Source: Caldilineales bacterium
GTDB lineage: Bacteria > Chloroflexota > Anaerolineae > J102
Length of the DNA: 64,000 bases
NCBI GenBank assembly: GCA_037443945.1
Contig: JBBINH010000001.1
Coordinates: 5,965 to 69,964, forward strand
Direction: 5' to 3'
The position numbers were made by a program, and so were the translations under genes. A model generated the notes under the pieces. The model did no database searches and was not told where the DNA came from. It saw only the letters and a list, made by a program, of their open reading frames with translations. Below are positions 9,016 through 18,577 of the stretch, piece by piece (position 1 is the first letter of the stretch; every line of letters begins with the position of its first letter).

Positions 9016-10752
9016 ATGTTCTCCGCGCGTGGTTTGTCCAAATGGCTGGGATTGCTGGCCGTCATCGGCTTTGCTGTCCTGAGCGTGGGATGTCGCCCAT
9101 CGCCTACGCCCACGCCTACCCCTACGCCGACGCCGTTCATTCCGCCCACACCGCCGCCAACGGCGGCCGATGTGGGGTTGGGACCGGCGCCAGTGACGAG
9201 TTTGGCCGTGGTTCATCAGCCTTTCGGCGATGGGGCCTGTGGGGCCTGTCATGATCTGCGAGGCTCCGACCCCAGGCAGATGTGGGGCGCAATCCAGGAG
9301 GTGTGCCGCCAGTGCCATTGGCAGGATGTGCCCGATCCGGATAGGCCCCTTGCCCATCCGCATGCGCCTTTTGCCCGCGGGGAGTGTCTAACCTGTCATC
9401 TGCCTCATGCCGGTGCCCATCCCAAGCTGCTGGTGGCACCGGTGACGCAGCTCTGTAACGATTGCCATCAAGACCACGGCGGCATCGTGCAGCAGCCCCA
9501 TCCGCAAGTAGCCCAGGGCGAGTGTAATCTCTGTCATCTTGCGCATGGTTCAATGCAGCCGGCCCTGTTGCGCCAACCGCAGAAAGTCCTGTGCGGCGTA
9601 TGCCATCCCGATCCGATCGATCCCCAGCGTAGTTTTGCTGCCCATGCCGAGGCTCCGGAGCTGACGTGTACGAGCTGTCATGCGCCTCATGATCCGGCGG
9701 CGCAACCGGCGCAAGTGACCCGCGCCATCTGTGTGACCTGCCATGCCGATCTGCCTGTGCCGGCGGATTTCCGCTTTCCTCACAAGCCTTTTGCCGAGGA
9801 GCGCTGCGCCGATTGCCATCCGTCGTTTCATCGGGATCCCGATAGACCGCTTCTGGCGGCTACACAGTCCCAATCGTGCAATGCCTGCCATGGCGATCAC
9901 GGCCTGGTGGTGACCCAGACCCATCCGCAGGTGGCCAAAGGCGAATGCCGTCTGTGCCACGATGGTCATGGCAGCAACCACCCCAACCAACTGGTCAGGC
10001 CCGAAATCGATATCTGTCAAAGCTGTCACGGTGAGGTATTCGCTGCGACCGCTTTTGCCGGCCATGCCGTCGCTCAATTGCCGGCCTGTACGAGCTGTCA
10101 TTCGCCCCACGTACCCCAAACGGCCGGTCCGGCCGTGGCCATGGCCTGCGCAACCTGCCATCAGGATATTCTGGCCGGCCGCAGTCAGCACAAGCCCGTG
10201 AGCCAGGGGGAGTGCAAGGCCTGTCACAGCGAGTTTCACGGTCAACAGCCGACACAACTGGCTGCGGTTCAGACGGTCTGCACCGATTGTCATCAGCTCG
10301 AAAAGGGCTCTATTGCGCATCCGCCCTATCAACAGGGCCGCTGTGAGACGTGTCATGTCGTGCACACCAGTCCGCATACGGCCCTGCTCAATCGCGCACC
10401 TACCCAATTGTGCGGCACCTGTCATGTCTCACAAACGGCCGCTTTCGGACGCAGCCGGCATGCCGCTCACCTGACCGCCCAATGCGCGGCCTGCCATCAG
10501 GCTCACGATGGCTCGATCGACAACCTGCTCCATGCCCGCACGAATGCGCTCTGTGATACCTGCCATCGCGATCTGCCGCACGGCTTCCATCCGGTCAGCG
10601 GGGGGCGCGATCCGGTGCGCGGAGGCGAATTGAGCTGTATCAGTTGCCATGCGCCTCATGGCAGCCCGCATCGGGCCGACCTGCGTGCGCCCGGTGACGG
10701 GCTTTGTCTGAGCTGCCATCGTTTCGAGCAGCCTCCTACAGCGCGAAGATAA
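9016..10752 (+). CDS. 22-heme c-type cytochrome lipoprotein (paired-CxxCH, DmsE/MtrA-like repeats)
   Basis: Lipobox LSVGC, PT-rich linker, 22 CxxCH motifs counted, many in doubled CxxCH..H..L..CxxCH units. Confidence 0.93.
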   Translation: MFSARGLSKWLGLLAVIGFAVLSVGCRPSPTPTPTPTPTPFIPPTPPPTAADVGLGPAPVTSLAVVHQPFGDGACGACHDLRGSDPRQMWGAIQEVCRQCHWQDVPDPDRPLAHPHAPFARGECLTCHLPHAGAHPKLLVAPVTQLCNDCHQDHGGIVQQPHPQVAQGECNLCHLAHGSMQPALLRQPQKVLCGVCHPDPIDPQRSFAAHAEAPELTCTSCHAPHDPAAQPAQVTRAICVTCHADLPVPADFRFPHKPFAEERCADCHPSFHRDPDRPLLAATQSQSCNACHGDHGLVVTQTHPQVAKGECRLCHDGHGSNHPNQLVRPEIDICQSCHGEVFAATAFAGHAVAQLPACTSCHSPHVPQTAGPAVAMACATCHQDILAGRSQHKPVSQGECKACHSEFHGQQPTQLAAVQTVCTDCHQLEKGSIAHPPYQQGRCETCHVVHTSPHTALLNRAPTQLCGTCHVSQTAAFGRSRHAAHLTAQCAACHQAHDGSIDNLLHARTNALCDTCHRDLPHGFHPVSGGRDPVRGGELSCISCHAPHGSPHRADLRAPGDGLCLSCHRFEQPPTARR

Positions 10753-10756
10753 GCCG

Positions 10757-13700
10757 ATGAAGCGTCTGTTCCTGCTCTGGATGACATGGGGCCTCCTCCT
10801 GGTGGCCCTGGCAGGGGGTAACCGTTTGGCGCCTATCGTCGCCGAACAAGGTGCGCCGTTCAATCCGCATGGTCGTTACAGCGCGGCAACGAACAGTTGC
10901 ACGGTTTGTCATGTACCGCATAGCCGTACAACCGATCCCGAGGCGGCCTGCCGCAGTTGCCATCCCCGGATCGTCACCCACAGGGAGCAGACCTGCGCCA
11001 CCTGCCATGCTCCCCACGGCAATACGCCCAATGCCGCCCTTATCCAGGCGGTGGTTCGCGGCAAACCCATGCGCTTTGACGGCAAAAACTTCGATGCCGC
11101 TGCCGATTCCATCTGCCGTACCTGTCACACCACCACGGCCTATCACAGCGCCACGGCCCGGAGCAGCCATTACGAGCAACAGCCTTGCACGAATTGCCAT
11201 CCCCACAGCGCCGGCTTTAGTCCCAATCCGGAGAACTGCGGGGCCTGCCACGGTTTTCCGCCTGCCAGTGGCGCCCATAATCGCCATCGCCAGGCCGATA
11301 TCGGTCTGACCGATTGCCAGGCCTGCCATCCGCAGGTGCGGAACTGGCGCGATCCAGGCCATTACAACGGGCGTGTTGATTTCAAGGACCGGGCCGTGCT
11401 GGCCACGACAGGCGTCTGTAATGCCTGTCATGGCAATGCCGCCGGCATCGCCGAAGCCAAGGCCAACTGGAGCCGTGGTCGCCCTCTGCAGGATTGTACC
11501 GGTTGCCACAACAGCACCCAACCAGGACGGCTGCGGGATCGGGTGGCGCCGGCCGTGGATGCGTTTTGGACGGTCAACGGCCATGGGCAGGGCCACGAGC
11601 AAGGCCGCGATCTGGATTGCCAGGCCTGTCACAATCCGCAGGCGCCTCATTTCGACACGGCCGGCAACCCCCGGTTGTGGGATACCCCGGCTGCCTTGTG
11701 CGCCCGTTGCCATCAGGACCCCGCTCGCGCCGGCGCCGATGTGAGCGCTCACGGCAACCAGGGCTACGCTCAGGCCACCCAACGGCCCTTCGGCGAGACC
11801 TGCGATGCGTGTCATAACCCCCATGGCAGCGCCAATCTGGCGGCCGTGCGCGCTGCTATCCGCGGCAAGACGGTGGTTTTCATCGCCCGCACCGGCGCCA
11901 ACAGCTTCGATTCCCCCAACGACGAGAACAGCCGCGATCTCTGCGCCACCTGTCATACCACGACCCGCCACAATCGTACACCCAGCAATCGCAGTCAGAC
12001 GCCCCATTACGAGGGGCAGGATTGTGGGCAGTGTCACAAGCATGAAACAGATGGCGATCCGCGCACGGCCGATGCCTTCATGCCCCAGGGCGGTTGTATG
12101 GCCTGCCATAGCGACCGGGTGGATAACGGCGATAACATTCCACCCGGTGGCCGCCCGGAGGTCGCCACGGACTTTGCCGGCCGCAGTCATCACATCAAGG
12201 GTGACCTGCTCGACGCCCGCTGTGTGGTCTGTCACGATATGGCCACCCACGGCGACGGCTATATTGACCTACGCCATCCCGACGGCGGGCCTGCTTTCCG
12301 TTTCCTCGAGGCCTCGGCTACCGATCTGACGGCTTTCTGCCAGGCTTGCCACGACGGCGACGGCAGCCGCGTGGCCAGGGTGCCCGGCGCGCAACCGGCC
12401 GATCCGTTCAACGAGGGCAGCGATCTGCTGGCCTTGCCGCCTACAAACACCCACAGCAATCGGGATGATGCCGGCCGCCAGGGCGAGGCGTTTAGCACGA
12501 CCTGCAACGAATGCCATGCCGGACACGGCAGCAGCAATCTGGCCCTGGTCCGCACGGCCATCCGTGGGCAGACGATTGTCTTCACCGCCCGCACCGGTGC
12601 GAATAGCTTCGACGACCCGGATAAGGATGACCGCAACGACCTTTGCGCCACCTGCCACATCGGGCGGACCCGTCTGCATCCGGGTGGCGACCATCGGCCG
12701 GCCGGCGACCTGGACCTGCGCGGGACCGATTGCACCACCTGTCACCGCCACGATGCCGATAACAGCCTTGCCACTCGCGATGGGTTTATGCCCTCGTGTG
12801 GGGCCTGCCATGGCAACCCGCCGCCGCCCGCCGGCAGTCCGCTCTACACTCTCAACGAGAACCTAACTCCGCACCGAAAGCATGCCGGCACCGGGCCGGG
12901 TGAATACGGTTTGGCCTGCAGTACCTGCCATAACCGGTTGGTGCCGTCCTACACTGGCCACGTGACCCGGCCGCCCAGCTTCCAGGATGTCTTCTTCGAT
13001 GCTCTGAATCCCATCGGCAGCTACGATCGCCAGACCCGCACCTGTGCTACCCTGGGTTGCCACAGCAATGGCAATCCCACCGGCGGCCAACTCATCTACC
13101 GCAATCCGGTATGGGCCGAAAACAGCCGTTTGGATTGCGCCGGCTGTCACGGCGATCAGGCCACGTTGGCGACCGGCAGCCACGCCGGGCATCTGTTGCC
13201 TTTCTATCGCGATCGTGGGGCCGATGCTATCGGTTGTTTCGAATGCCATGCCCTGACCGCCCAGAACAACGATAACAACGCCCTGGCCGATTTGCGCAAG
13301 CATGTCAACTTGACCAAGGATGTCCAGTTCGATGTGCGCGACTTGTGGGGGCGATCGGATAACGCCGTCTTCGATCCGAATACCCTCACCTGCGCCAATA
13401 GCCTGTGCCATTCGGATGGTGCGGCCAGCCGCGAACAACCCGATGTTCCCGTCTTCAGCACGCCCAAGTGGGGCGATCGGGCCAGCGGGACCTGTGGCAC
13501 CTGTCATAGTATCACGCCGCAGACGATGACCAGCGGCGCCCACGCGCGTCACTTCGATACCTCCAACCAGGGGCCGGGTATCACCTCGTGTAGCGATTGC
13601 CATAGTCCCTACGGCAGCACCCAACACGTCAACGGCAAAGTTGAATTCGCCGACGGCAAAACCCTGGCGCAGACCACGGTGTGCGATGCCTGCCATAGCC

Positions 13701-14506
13701 CCGGTGGCGGTTTCGACGGCGTAGCCGAAGCGCGCGCGAACTGGGCTACAAGCCGTCCGGTCCGGTGCGAAGGCTGCCATGATGCCCAACCCGCTGTGGT
13801 CCGGGGTGTGACCGCCCCCAACGTGGCCGGCGACGGCCGTACGTACGGCTTTGCCCTCGGCGGACATGGGCGTCTCGGCTTTACCTGCGCCACCTGCCAT
13901 GAGAAGGGGCCCAACAGCATTCACTTCGACGGCGTGGCCCGGACCTATACGGCGGCCGCCGACAACCTGGAAGCCGCCAAATGGCTGGGATTGGGTGGCT
14001 TGAAAGTGCCTATTACCGCCGAGGATCCCTACGTTCGGACCCACTACGCCCAGTGCTACGTCTGCCATCTCGAGGCGAACACGGTAGGTTTGGGACCGGG
14101 CTACAGCAATGCGCTGTTCACGCATAGCGTGCCCCCACCGCCGGGCTATCCTCTAATCGTGGATACGGTTGTCACCCGCTTCCGCAACGAACGGCCCGAA
14201 GGCTTCAACTTCGGCAACGTTCCGGCCAACATCCACTGGGACCACCTAGATATGAACATGGTGAACTGGGATAGCGATGGCGATGGCACGATGGACTCCA
14301 AGCCCTCGTGTGTGACCTGTCATGACCCGCACGGGGTCAAATCCTTCGCCGATGGTGTCACCTATCCGGCCATGACGATCGCCGACATGGGTATCGTCCA
14401 CGGCCAGGATGCTATCGGCGCCTACGGCGAGGTAACACAAACGGCCTACAACAACCGCTGTCGCACCTGTCATCCCGCTGCCGGTATCCGCTATTATCGA
14501 CCGTGA
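10757..14506 (+). CDS. giant secreted multiheme cytochrome c (32 CxxCH + 2 CxxxxCH)
   Basis: Sec-type signal peptide; motifs hand-counted; CATLGCH...CAGCH and CANSLCH...CGTCH resemble the Geobacter CxxxxCH...CxxCH domain. Confidence 0.93.
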   Translation: MKRLFLLWMTWGLLLVALAGGNRLAPIVAEQGAPFNPHGRYSAATNSCTVCHVPHSRTTDPEAACRSCHPRIVTHREQTCATCHAPHGNTPNAALIQAVVRGKPMRFDGKNFDAAADSICRTCHTTTAYHSATARSSHYEQQPCTNCHPHSAGFSPNPENCGACHGFPPASGAHNRHRQADIGLTDCQACHPQVRNWRDPGHYNGRVDFKDRAVLATTGVCNACHGNAAGIAEAKANWSRGRPLQDCTGCHNSTQPGRLRDRVAPAVDAFWTVNGHGQGHEQGRDLDCQACHNPQAPHFDTAGNPRLWDTPAALCARCHQDPARAGADVSAHGNQGYAQATQRPFGETCDACHNPHGSANLAAVRAAIRGKTVVFIARTGANSFDSPNDENSRDLCATCHTTTRHNRTPSNRSQTPHYEGQDCGQCHKHETDGDPRTADAFMPQGGCMACHSDRVDNGDNIPPGGRPEVATDFAGRSHHIKGDLLDARCVVCHDMATHGDGYIDLRHPDGGPAFRFLEASATDLTAFCQACHDGDGSRVARVPGAQPADPFNEGSDLLALPPTNTHSNRDDAGRQGEAFSTTCNECHAGHGSSNLALVRTAIRGQTIVFTARTGANSFDDPDKDDRNDLCATCHIGRTRLHPGGDHRPAGDLDLRGTDCTTCHRHDADNSLATRDGFMPSCGACHGNPPPPAGSPLYTLNENLTPHRKHAGTGPGEYGLACSTCHNRLVPSYTGHVTRPPSFQDVFFDALNPIGSYDRQTRTCATLGCHSNGNPTGGQLIYRNPVWAENSRLDCAGCHGDQATLATGSHAGHLLPFYRDRGADAIGCFECHALTAQNNDNNALADLRKHVNLTKDVQFDVRDLWGRSDNAVFDPNTLTCANSLCHSDGAASREQPDVPVFSTPKWGDRASGTCGTCHSITPQTMTSGAHARHFDTSNQGPGITSCSDCHSPYGSTQHVNGKVEFADGKTLAQTTVCDACHSPGGGFDGVAEARANWATSRPVRCEGCHDAQPAVVRGVTAPNVAGDGRTYGFALGGHGRLGFTCATCHEKGPNSIHFDGVARTYTAAADNLEAAKWLGLGGLKVPITAEDPYVRTHYAQCYVCHLEANTVGLGPGYSNALFTHSVPPPPGYPLIVDTVVTRFRNERPEGFNFGNVPANIHWDHLDMNMVNWDSDGDGTMDSKPSCVTCHDPHGVKSFADGVTYPAMTIADMGIVHGQDAIGAYGEVTQTAYNNRCRTCHPAAGIRYYRP

Positions 14507-15636
14507 CCGATCGGGCTTCGTTTCGCATGCGTTGGTATCATCTGTTTTGGATACTGTGGCCGGTGGTCCTGTTGGGGTCGGCGGCCATGGCCCATGCGCA
14601 GGCCGATCCCAATGCTGCCTGTCTGGTCTGTCATAGCGTGCCCGGCCGTGAAGCCCTGCTCGCCAGTGGTGAACATCTGCCGCTCTACGTGAACGGCGAT
14701 GTCTACCGCCTGTCGGTGCACGGGCAAATGCAATTGCCCTGTACGGCCTGTCATACCCGCATTACGGGCTTTCCCCACGATCCGTTGCTCGCTTTCGACC
14801 GCCGCGATTATCAGCTCGACCATTACGGGGTCTGCCGGAATTGTCATCCCGAGGTCTACGAAGCCACCCTGGATTCGATGCACGCGCGGGCCCTGGCTGC
14901 CGGCCGTCGCGAAGCGGCGATTTGTACCGATTGCCACGGTGCTCATGACATCACCTCGCCCCACAGCCCGCGTCAGAAGATTTCGCTGACCTGCAGTAAG
15001 TGCCATGCCTTTATCTTCGAGCAATACAAGGAGAGCGTTCACGGCGCCGCCTTGCTCGAGGAAAGCAACCCGGATGTCCCTACCTGTGTCGATTGCCACG
15101 GCGTTCATAACATCGAGGACCCGACTACGGCGGCTTTTCGGTTGCGCTCGCCCGAAATCTGCGGGGAATGTCACCGCAACGAGGCCCTGATGAGCCAATA
15201 CGGCATCTCGACGGCGGTGTTCAATACCTATGTTGCCGATTTCCATGGGACTACCGTCACGCTGTTCCAACGTCAACACCCCGATCAGCCGACGAACAAG
15301 GCGGTTTGCTTCGATTGCCACGGCATCCATAACATCAAAGCCGTAGATGATCCGGAAGCCACGGTGGTCAAGGAGAATCTGCTGGAGACTTGTCGTAAAT
15401 GCCATCCCGATGCCGATATTAACTTTCCGGCCTCGTGGACCAGCCATTATATCCCCGACCGCAACCGCTACCCTTTGGTGTACTATGTCAATCTGTTCTA
15501 CCGGATCATCATTCCCGGTACCATCGGCTTTATGCTCGGCTTTGTTGTGTTGGATGCTTTTCGGCGTGTGTTGATGCGGACGCGTCGACAACGGGTCGTC
15601 AAACAGGCTTCCGTAGAGGCCGATCATCATGAGTGA
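14503..15636 (+). CDS. nonaheme cytochrome c with C-terminal TM anchor (CbcL/CbcA-like c domain)
   Basis: Signal peptide, 9 CxxCH, C-terminal hydrophobic helix. GTG 14503 overlaps the upstream stop; ATG 14527 is an alternative start. Confidence 0.88.
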   Translation: MTDRASFRMRWYHLFWILWPVVLLGSAAMAHAQADPNAACLVCHSVPGREALLASGEHLPLYVNGDVYRLSVHGQMQLPCTACHTRITGFPHDPLLAFDRRDYQLDHYGVCRNCHPEVYEATLDSMHARALAAGRREAAICTDCHGAHDITSPHSPRQKISLTCSKCHAFIFEQYKESVHGAALLEESNPDVPTCVDCHGVHNIEDPTTAAFRLRSPEICGECHRNEALMSQYGISTAVFNTYVADFHGTTVTLFQRQHPDQPTNKAVCFDCHGIHNIKAVDDPEATVVKENLLETCRKCHPDADINFPASWTSHYIPDRNRYPLVYYVNLFYRIIIPGTIGFMLGFVVLDAFRRVLMRTRRQRVVKQASVEADHHE

Positions 15637-16972
15637 GCAACCCCGACAGGAGTATGTCCGCTTTAGCCGGACCGACCGCATCGAGCATTTTCTGTTGATG
15701 ACATCGTTCACGGTGCTGGTGATCACCGGGCTGCCGCAGAGGTATGTCTCGGCGTCGTGGGCCGAGTTTTTGATCGAGCTGATGGGCGGCATCGAGACGG
15801 TGCGCATCATCCATCGCGTGGCGGCCATCGTGCTCATCCTCGAGAGCATCTTTCATATCATCACCGTTTCCTATAAGCTGTTCGTGCGGCGGGTCTCGCC
15901 GTCCATGTTGCCCACCTTGCAGGACTTCGTGGATTTTCTCGATGCCCTGCGCTATAACCTGGGCCTGGCCAGACGACGACCCCAGTACGACCGTTACAAT
16001 TTCGAGGAAAAAATCGAGTATTGGGCCGTCATCTGGGGCACGGCGGTGATGATCATCACCGGCTTTATGCTGTGGAACCCGATCACCACGACGAAATTTC
16101 TACCGGGTAGCTGGATCCCGGCGGCCAAGGCGGCCCATGGCGGTGAGGCTTTGCTGGCCTTCTTGGCCATTATCGTCTGGCACGTCTATAACGTCCATAT
16201 CAAGACCTTCAACCGGAGCATGTTCACCGGCAAACTCAGCCGGGAGGAGATGCTGCACGAACATCCGAAGGAGTTGGAACGCATCGAATCGGGCAGGGTA
16301 CGGCCCGAGCCGCCGCGCGAGATCATCCGTCGGCGTGAGCGGATTTTCCTTCCTATAGCCGGTCTGTTTGCCGTTTTGGCGTTGGTCGTGATGTACTTTT
16401 TTGTCACCTACGAAGAAACGGCCATTGCCACGGTACCGACCCCGGCCGAGCGAGCTGCCGTCTTTGTTCCGGCTACGCCGGTGCCAACCACCGAAGCGGA
16501 CGTGCGGCTGGCGCTTTCGCGGAGGCAGGCGCAGCCCATCCCTCATGCCATCAGCGCCGGCCGTGAGAACTGTCTGGCCTGTCATGGGCTGGGGACGCTT
16601 TCGCCTTATACGCCTATCCATGCCAATTTGCGGTTGGGCAACGAGACCTGTCTGGGATGTCATCAGCCGATGCCGGGGGCAACCGCATTACCCGACAACA
16701 TCGCCGTGCCGGGCTTCTCGACCGAGATTTTGCCCATCTTGCGGCGTCGTTGTGTGGTTTGCCATAACCCCGCCACGCCGTTGGATCTGACCAGCTATCG
16801 GAGCATCATGCGGGGAGATGGCAAAGGCCCGCTTGTGATTCCCGGCGCCGCCGGGCAGAGTCGGTTGTTGACTCTGGGCGGGCTTCCGGTGGAGGTGCAT
16901 CCCAGTCGGTTTACTCCCGAGGAAATGGCCCGCATCGGTGCCTGGATCGATGCCGGCGCTCCGGAGAACTAA
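15629..16972 (+). CDS. cytochrome b (FdnI/HyaC-type, CbcL/CbcB-like) fused to three c-type heme motifs
   Basis: RFSRTDRIEH, IIHRVAA, YNFEEKIEYWA, AHGGEALLA, WHVY b-heme domain; C-terminal CLACH, CLGCH, CVVCH. Confidence 0.88.
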   Translation: MSEQPRQEYVRFSRTDRIEHFLLMTSFTVLVITGLPQRYVSASWAEFLIELMGGIETVRIIHRVAAIVLILESIFHIITVSYKLFVRRVSPSMLPTLQDFVDFLDALRYNLGLARRRPQYDRYNFEEKIEYWAVIWGTAVMIITGFMLWNPITTTKFLPGSWIPAAKAAHGGEALLAFLAIIVWHVYNVHIKTFNRSMFTGKLSREEMLHEHPKELERIESGRVRPEPPREIIRRRERIFLPIAGLFAVLALVVMYFFVTYEETAIATVPTPAERAAVFVPATPVPTTEADVRLALSRRQAQPIPHAISAGRENCLACHGLGTLSPYTPIHANLRLGNETCLGCHQPMPGATALPDNIAVPGFSTEILPILRRRCVVCHNPATPLDLTSYRSIMRGDGKGPLVIPGAAGQSRLLTLGGLPVEVHPSRFTPEEMARIGAWIDAGAPEN

Positions 16973-16984
16973 TGAGGAGTCACG

Positions 16985-18577
16985 ATGATTCGCCGTTTTC
17001 GCCTCTGGTTTCGCCAACACTGGCAAAAGGCCCTGGGAATCGCTTTTGCCCTCACCGTCCTCGGTTTGGTTGTTTTTGTCATCGGGGTGACAGCTTGGGA
17101 GTACACGAACAGCCCTGAGTTTTGCGGTGCCACCTGTCACACCATGCCCCCGGAGTACATCGCCTATCAGCAATCGCCCCACGCCCGTGTGGCCTGTGTG
17201 GACTGTCATCTGGGGCAGGAGTCGGTGCTCTATGCTATCCCGCGTAAGGCCAGGGAGGTACGTCACGTCGTTTTTGCGCTCACCCAGGATTACGAAATCC
17301 CGATCTATGTCAAAAGCATGCGGCCGGCTCGCGACACGTGCGAGAAATGTCACGACCCGGAGAAATCCTCGCTGGACAGCGTGCGTACCATTACCCGCTA
17401 CGCTACCGATGCGACCAACACCCCGACCGTCATTCATCTGATCCTCAAAACCGGTGGCGGATCGAAACGCGAAGGCCTGGGGCGCGGCATCCACTGGCAT
17501 ACGGTCAATCAGGTTTACTTCCTGACCACCGATCCGCTCAAACAGAACATCCCCTATGTCAAAGAAGTTCGGGATGACGGTTCGGTGGTTGAGTATTTCG
17601 ATCTGGAAAGCGGCATTACACCGGCCGAGGTGGCAGCCCGCAGCAGCGAATTGCACTTGATGGATTGTATCGATTGTCACAATCGGGTTTCCCATCGCTT
17701 CGCCAAGCCCGATATCGCCGTGGACGAGGCCATCACCCGTCGTCTCATCGATGGCTCCCTTCCGCAAATCAAGCAGAAGGCGGTAGAGTTGCTCTCACAA
17801 CCGTCCGGGACGCGTGCCGAGTCGTTGGCCCAGATCGAGGCCCTGGCGGCCTGGTATGAGCAAAACTACCCCGAGGTATATGCGACCCGCCGCGAGGCCA
17901 TCGACCAAGCCATCGCCAGCCTGAAACGCATTTTCGAGTCCATTTACTTCCCCGATATGGCCGTAGGCTGGAGCACGCACCCTGACAACCTGGGCCATCT
18001 CAACTTCCCCGGCTGTTTCCGCTGCCATGACGGCAAACATACCAGTCCCGATGGGCAGACGATTCGGCTGGAGTGCAACATTTGCCATACCATTCCGCGT
18101 GTGACCGGGCCGGGCTTACCGTCCCCTGTGATCAACCTGGTGCCGGCCAACGAACCCGAATCGCACAAAGACAGCAACTGGCTGGCGCGGCATCGCTATG
18201 AGTTCGATGCCACCTGCGCCGGTTGCCATAGCACCTTTAATCGCGGCGGCAGCGATAACAGTTCCTTCTGCGCCAACAGTGCCTGTCACGGCATCCGCTG
18301 GCAATTTGCCGGGTTGGATGCACCGGGTCTGCGGGCCATTTTGCCCCCGCCTGCAACCTCAGAAGACGAAACGGCACCGACGGAGGAAGAGCAACCCGGT
18401 TTTGTACCCCTGATTCCGCATCCCCTTGGTGAGGAACGCATCGGCCAGTGCCGTACCTGCCACGGCCTGCGCGGCCTGAGGCCTTATCCCGAGTATCATG
18501 AGGAGTTTCCCCTTCAGGCCTGCACCGAATGCCACAAGCTGGCACCGATGCTACGAGGACAAACCTCGTTGCGATGA
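16985..18577 (+). CDS. NapC/NirT-family multiheme quinol dehydrogenase (ImcH-like), 10 heme motifs
   Basis: N-terminal TM, YTNSPEFCGATCH, CVDCH, CEKCH, LKTGGG..GIHWH; 8 CxxCH plus CxxxCH and CxxxxCH. Confidence 0.88.
   Translation: MIRRFRLWFRQHWQKALGIAFALTVLGLVVFVIGVTAWEYTNSPEFCGATCHTMPPEYIAYQQSPHARVACVDCHLGQESVLYAIPRKAREVRHVVFALTQDYEIPIYVKSMRPARDTCEKCHDPEKSSLDSVRTITRYATDATNTPTVIHLILKTGGGSKREGLGRGIHWHTVNQVYFLTTDPLKQNIPYVKEVRDDGSVVEYFDLESGITPAEVAARSSELHLMDCIDCHNRVSHRFAKPDIAVDEAITRRLIDGSLPQIKQKAVELLSQPSGTRAESLAQIEALAAWYEQNYPEVYATRREAIDQAIASLKRIFESIYFPDMAVGWSTHPDNLGHLNFPGCFRCHDGKHTSPDGQTIRLECNICHTIPRVTGPGLPSPVINLVPANEPESHKDSNWLARHRYEFDATCAGCHSTFNRGGSDNSSFCANSACHGIRWQFAGLDAPGLRAILPPPATSEDETAPTEEEQPGFVPLIPHPLGEERIGQCRTCHGLRGLRPYPEYHEEFPLQACTECHKLAPMLRGQTSLR

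Noticed and set aside
9550-15849. Long minus-strand ORFs 9550-10425, 10736-12250, 12863-14125 and 14494-15849
   Set aside because: Antisense shadows of the multiheme genes; Met/Ala/Gly-rich sequence derived from complementary His/Cys codons, with no recognisable motifs
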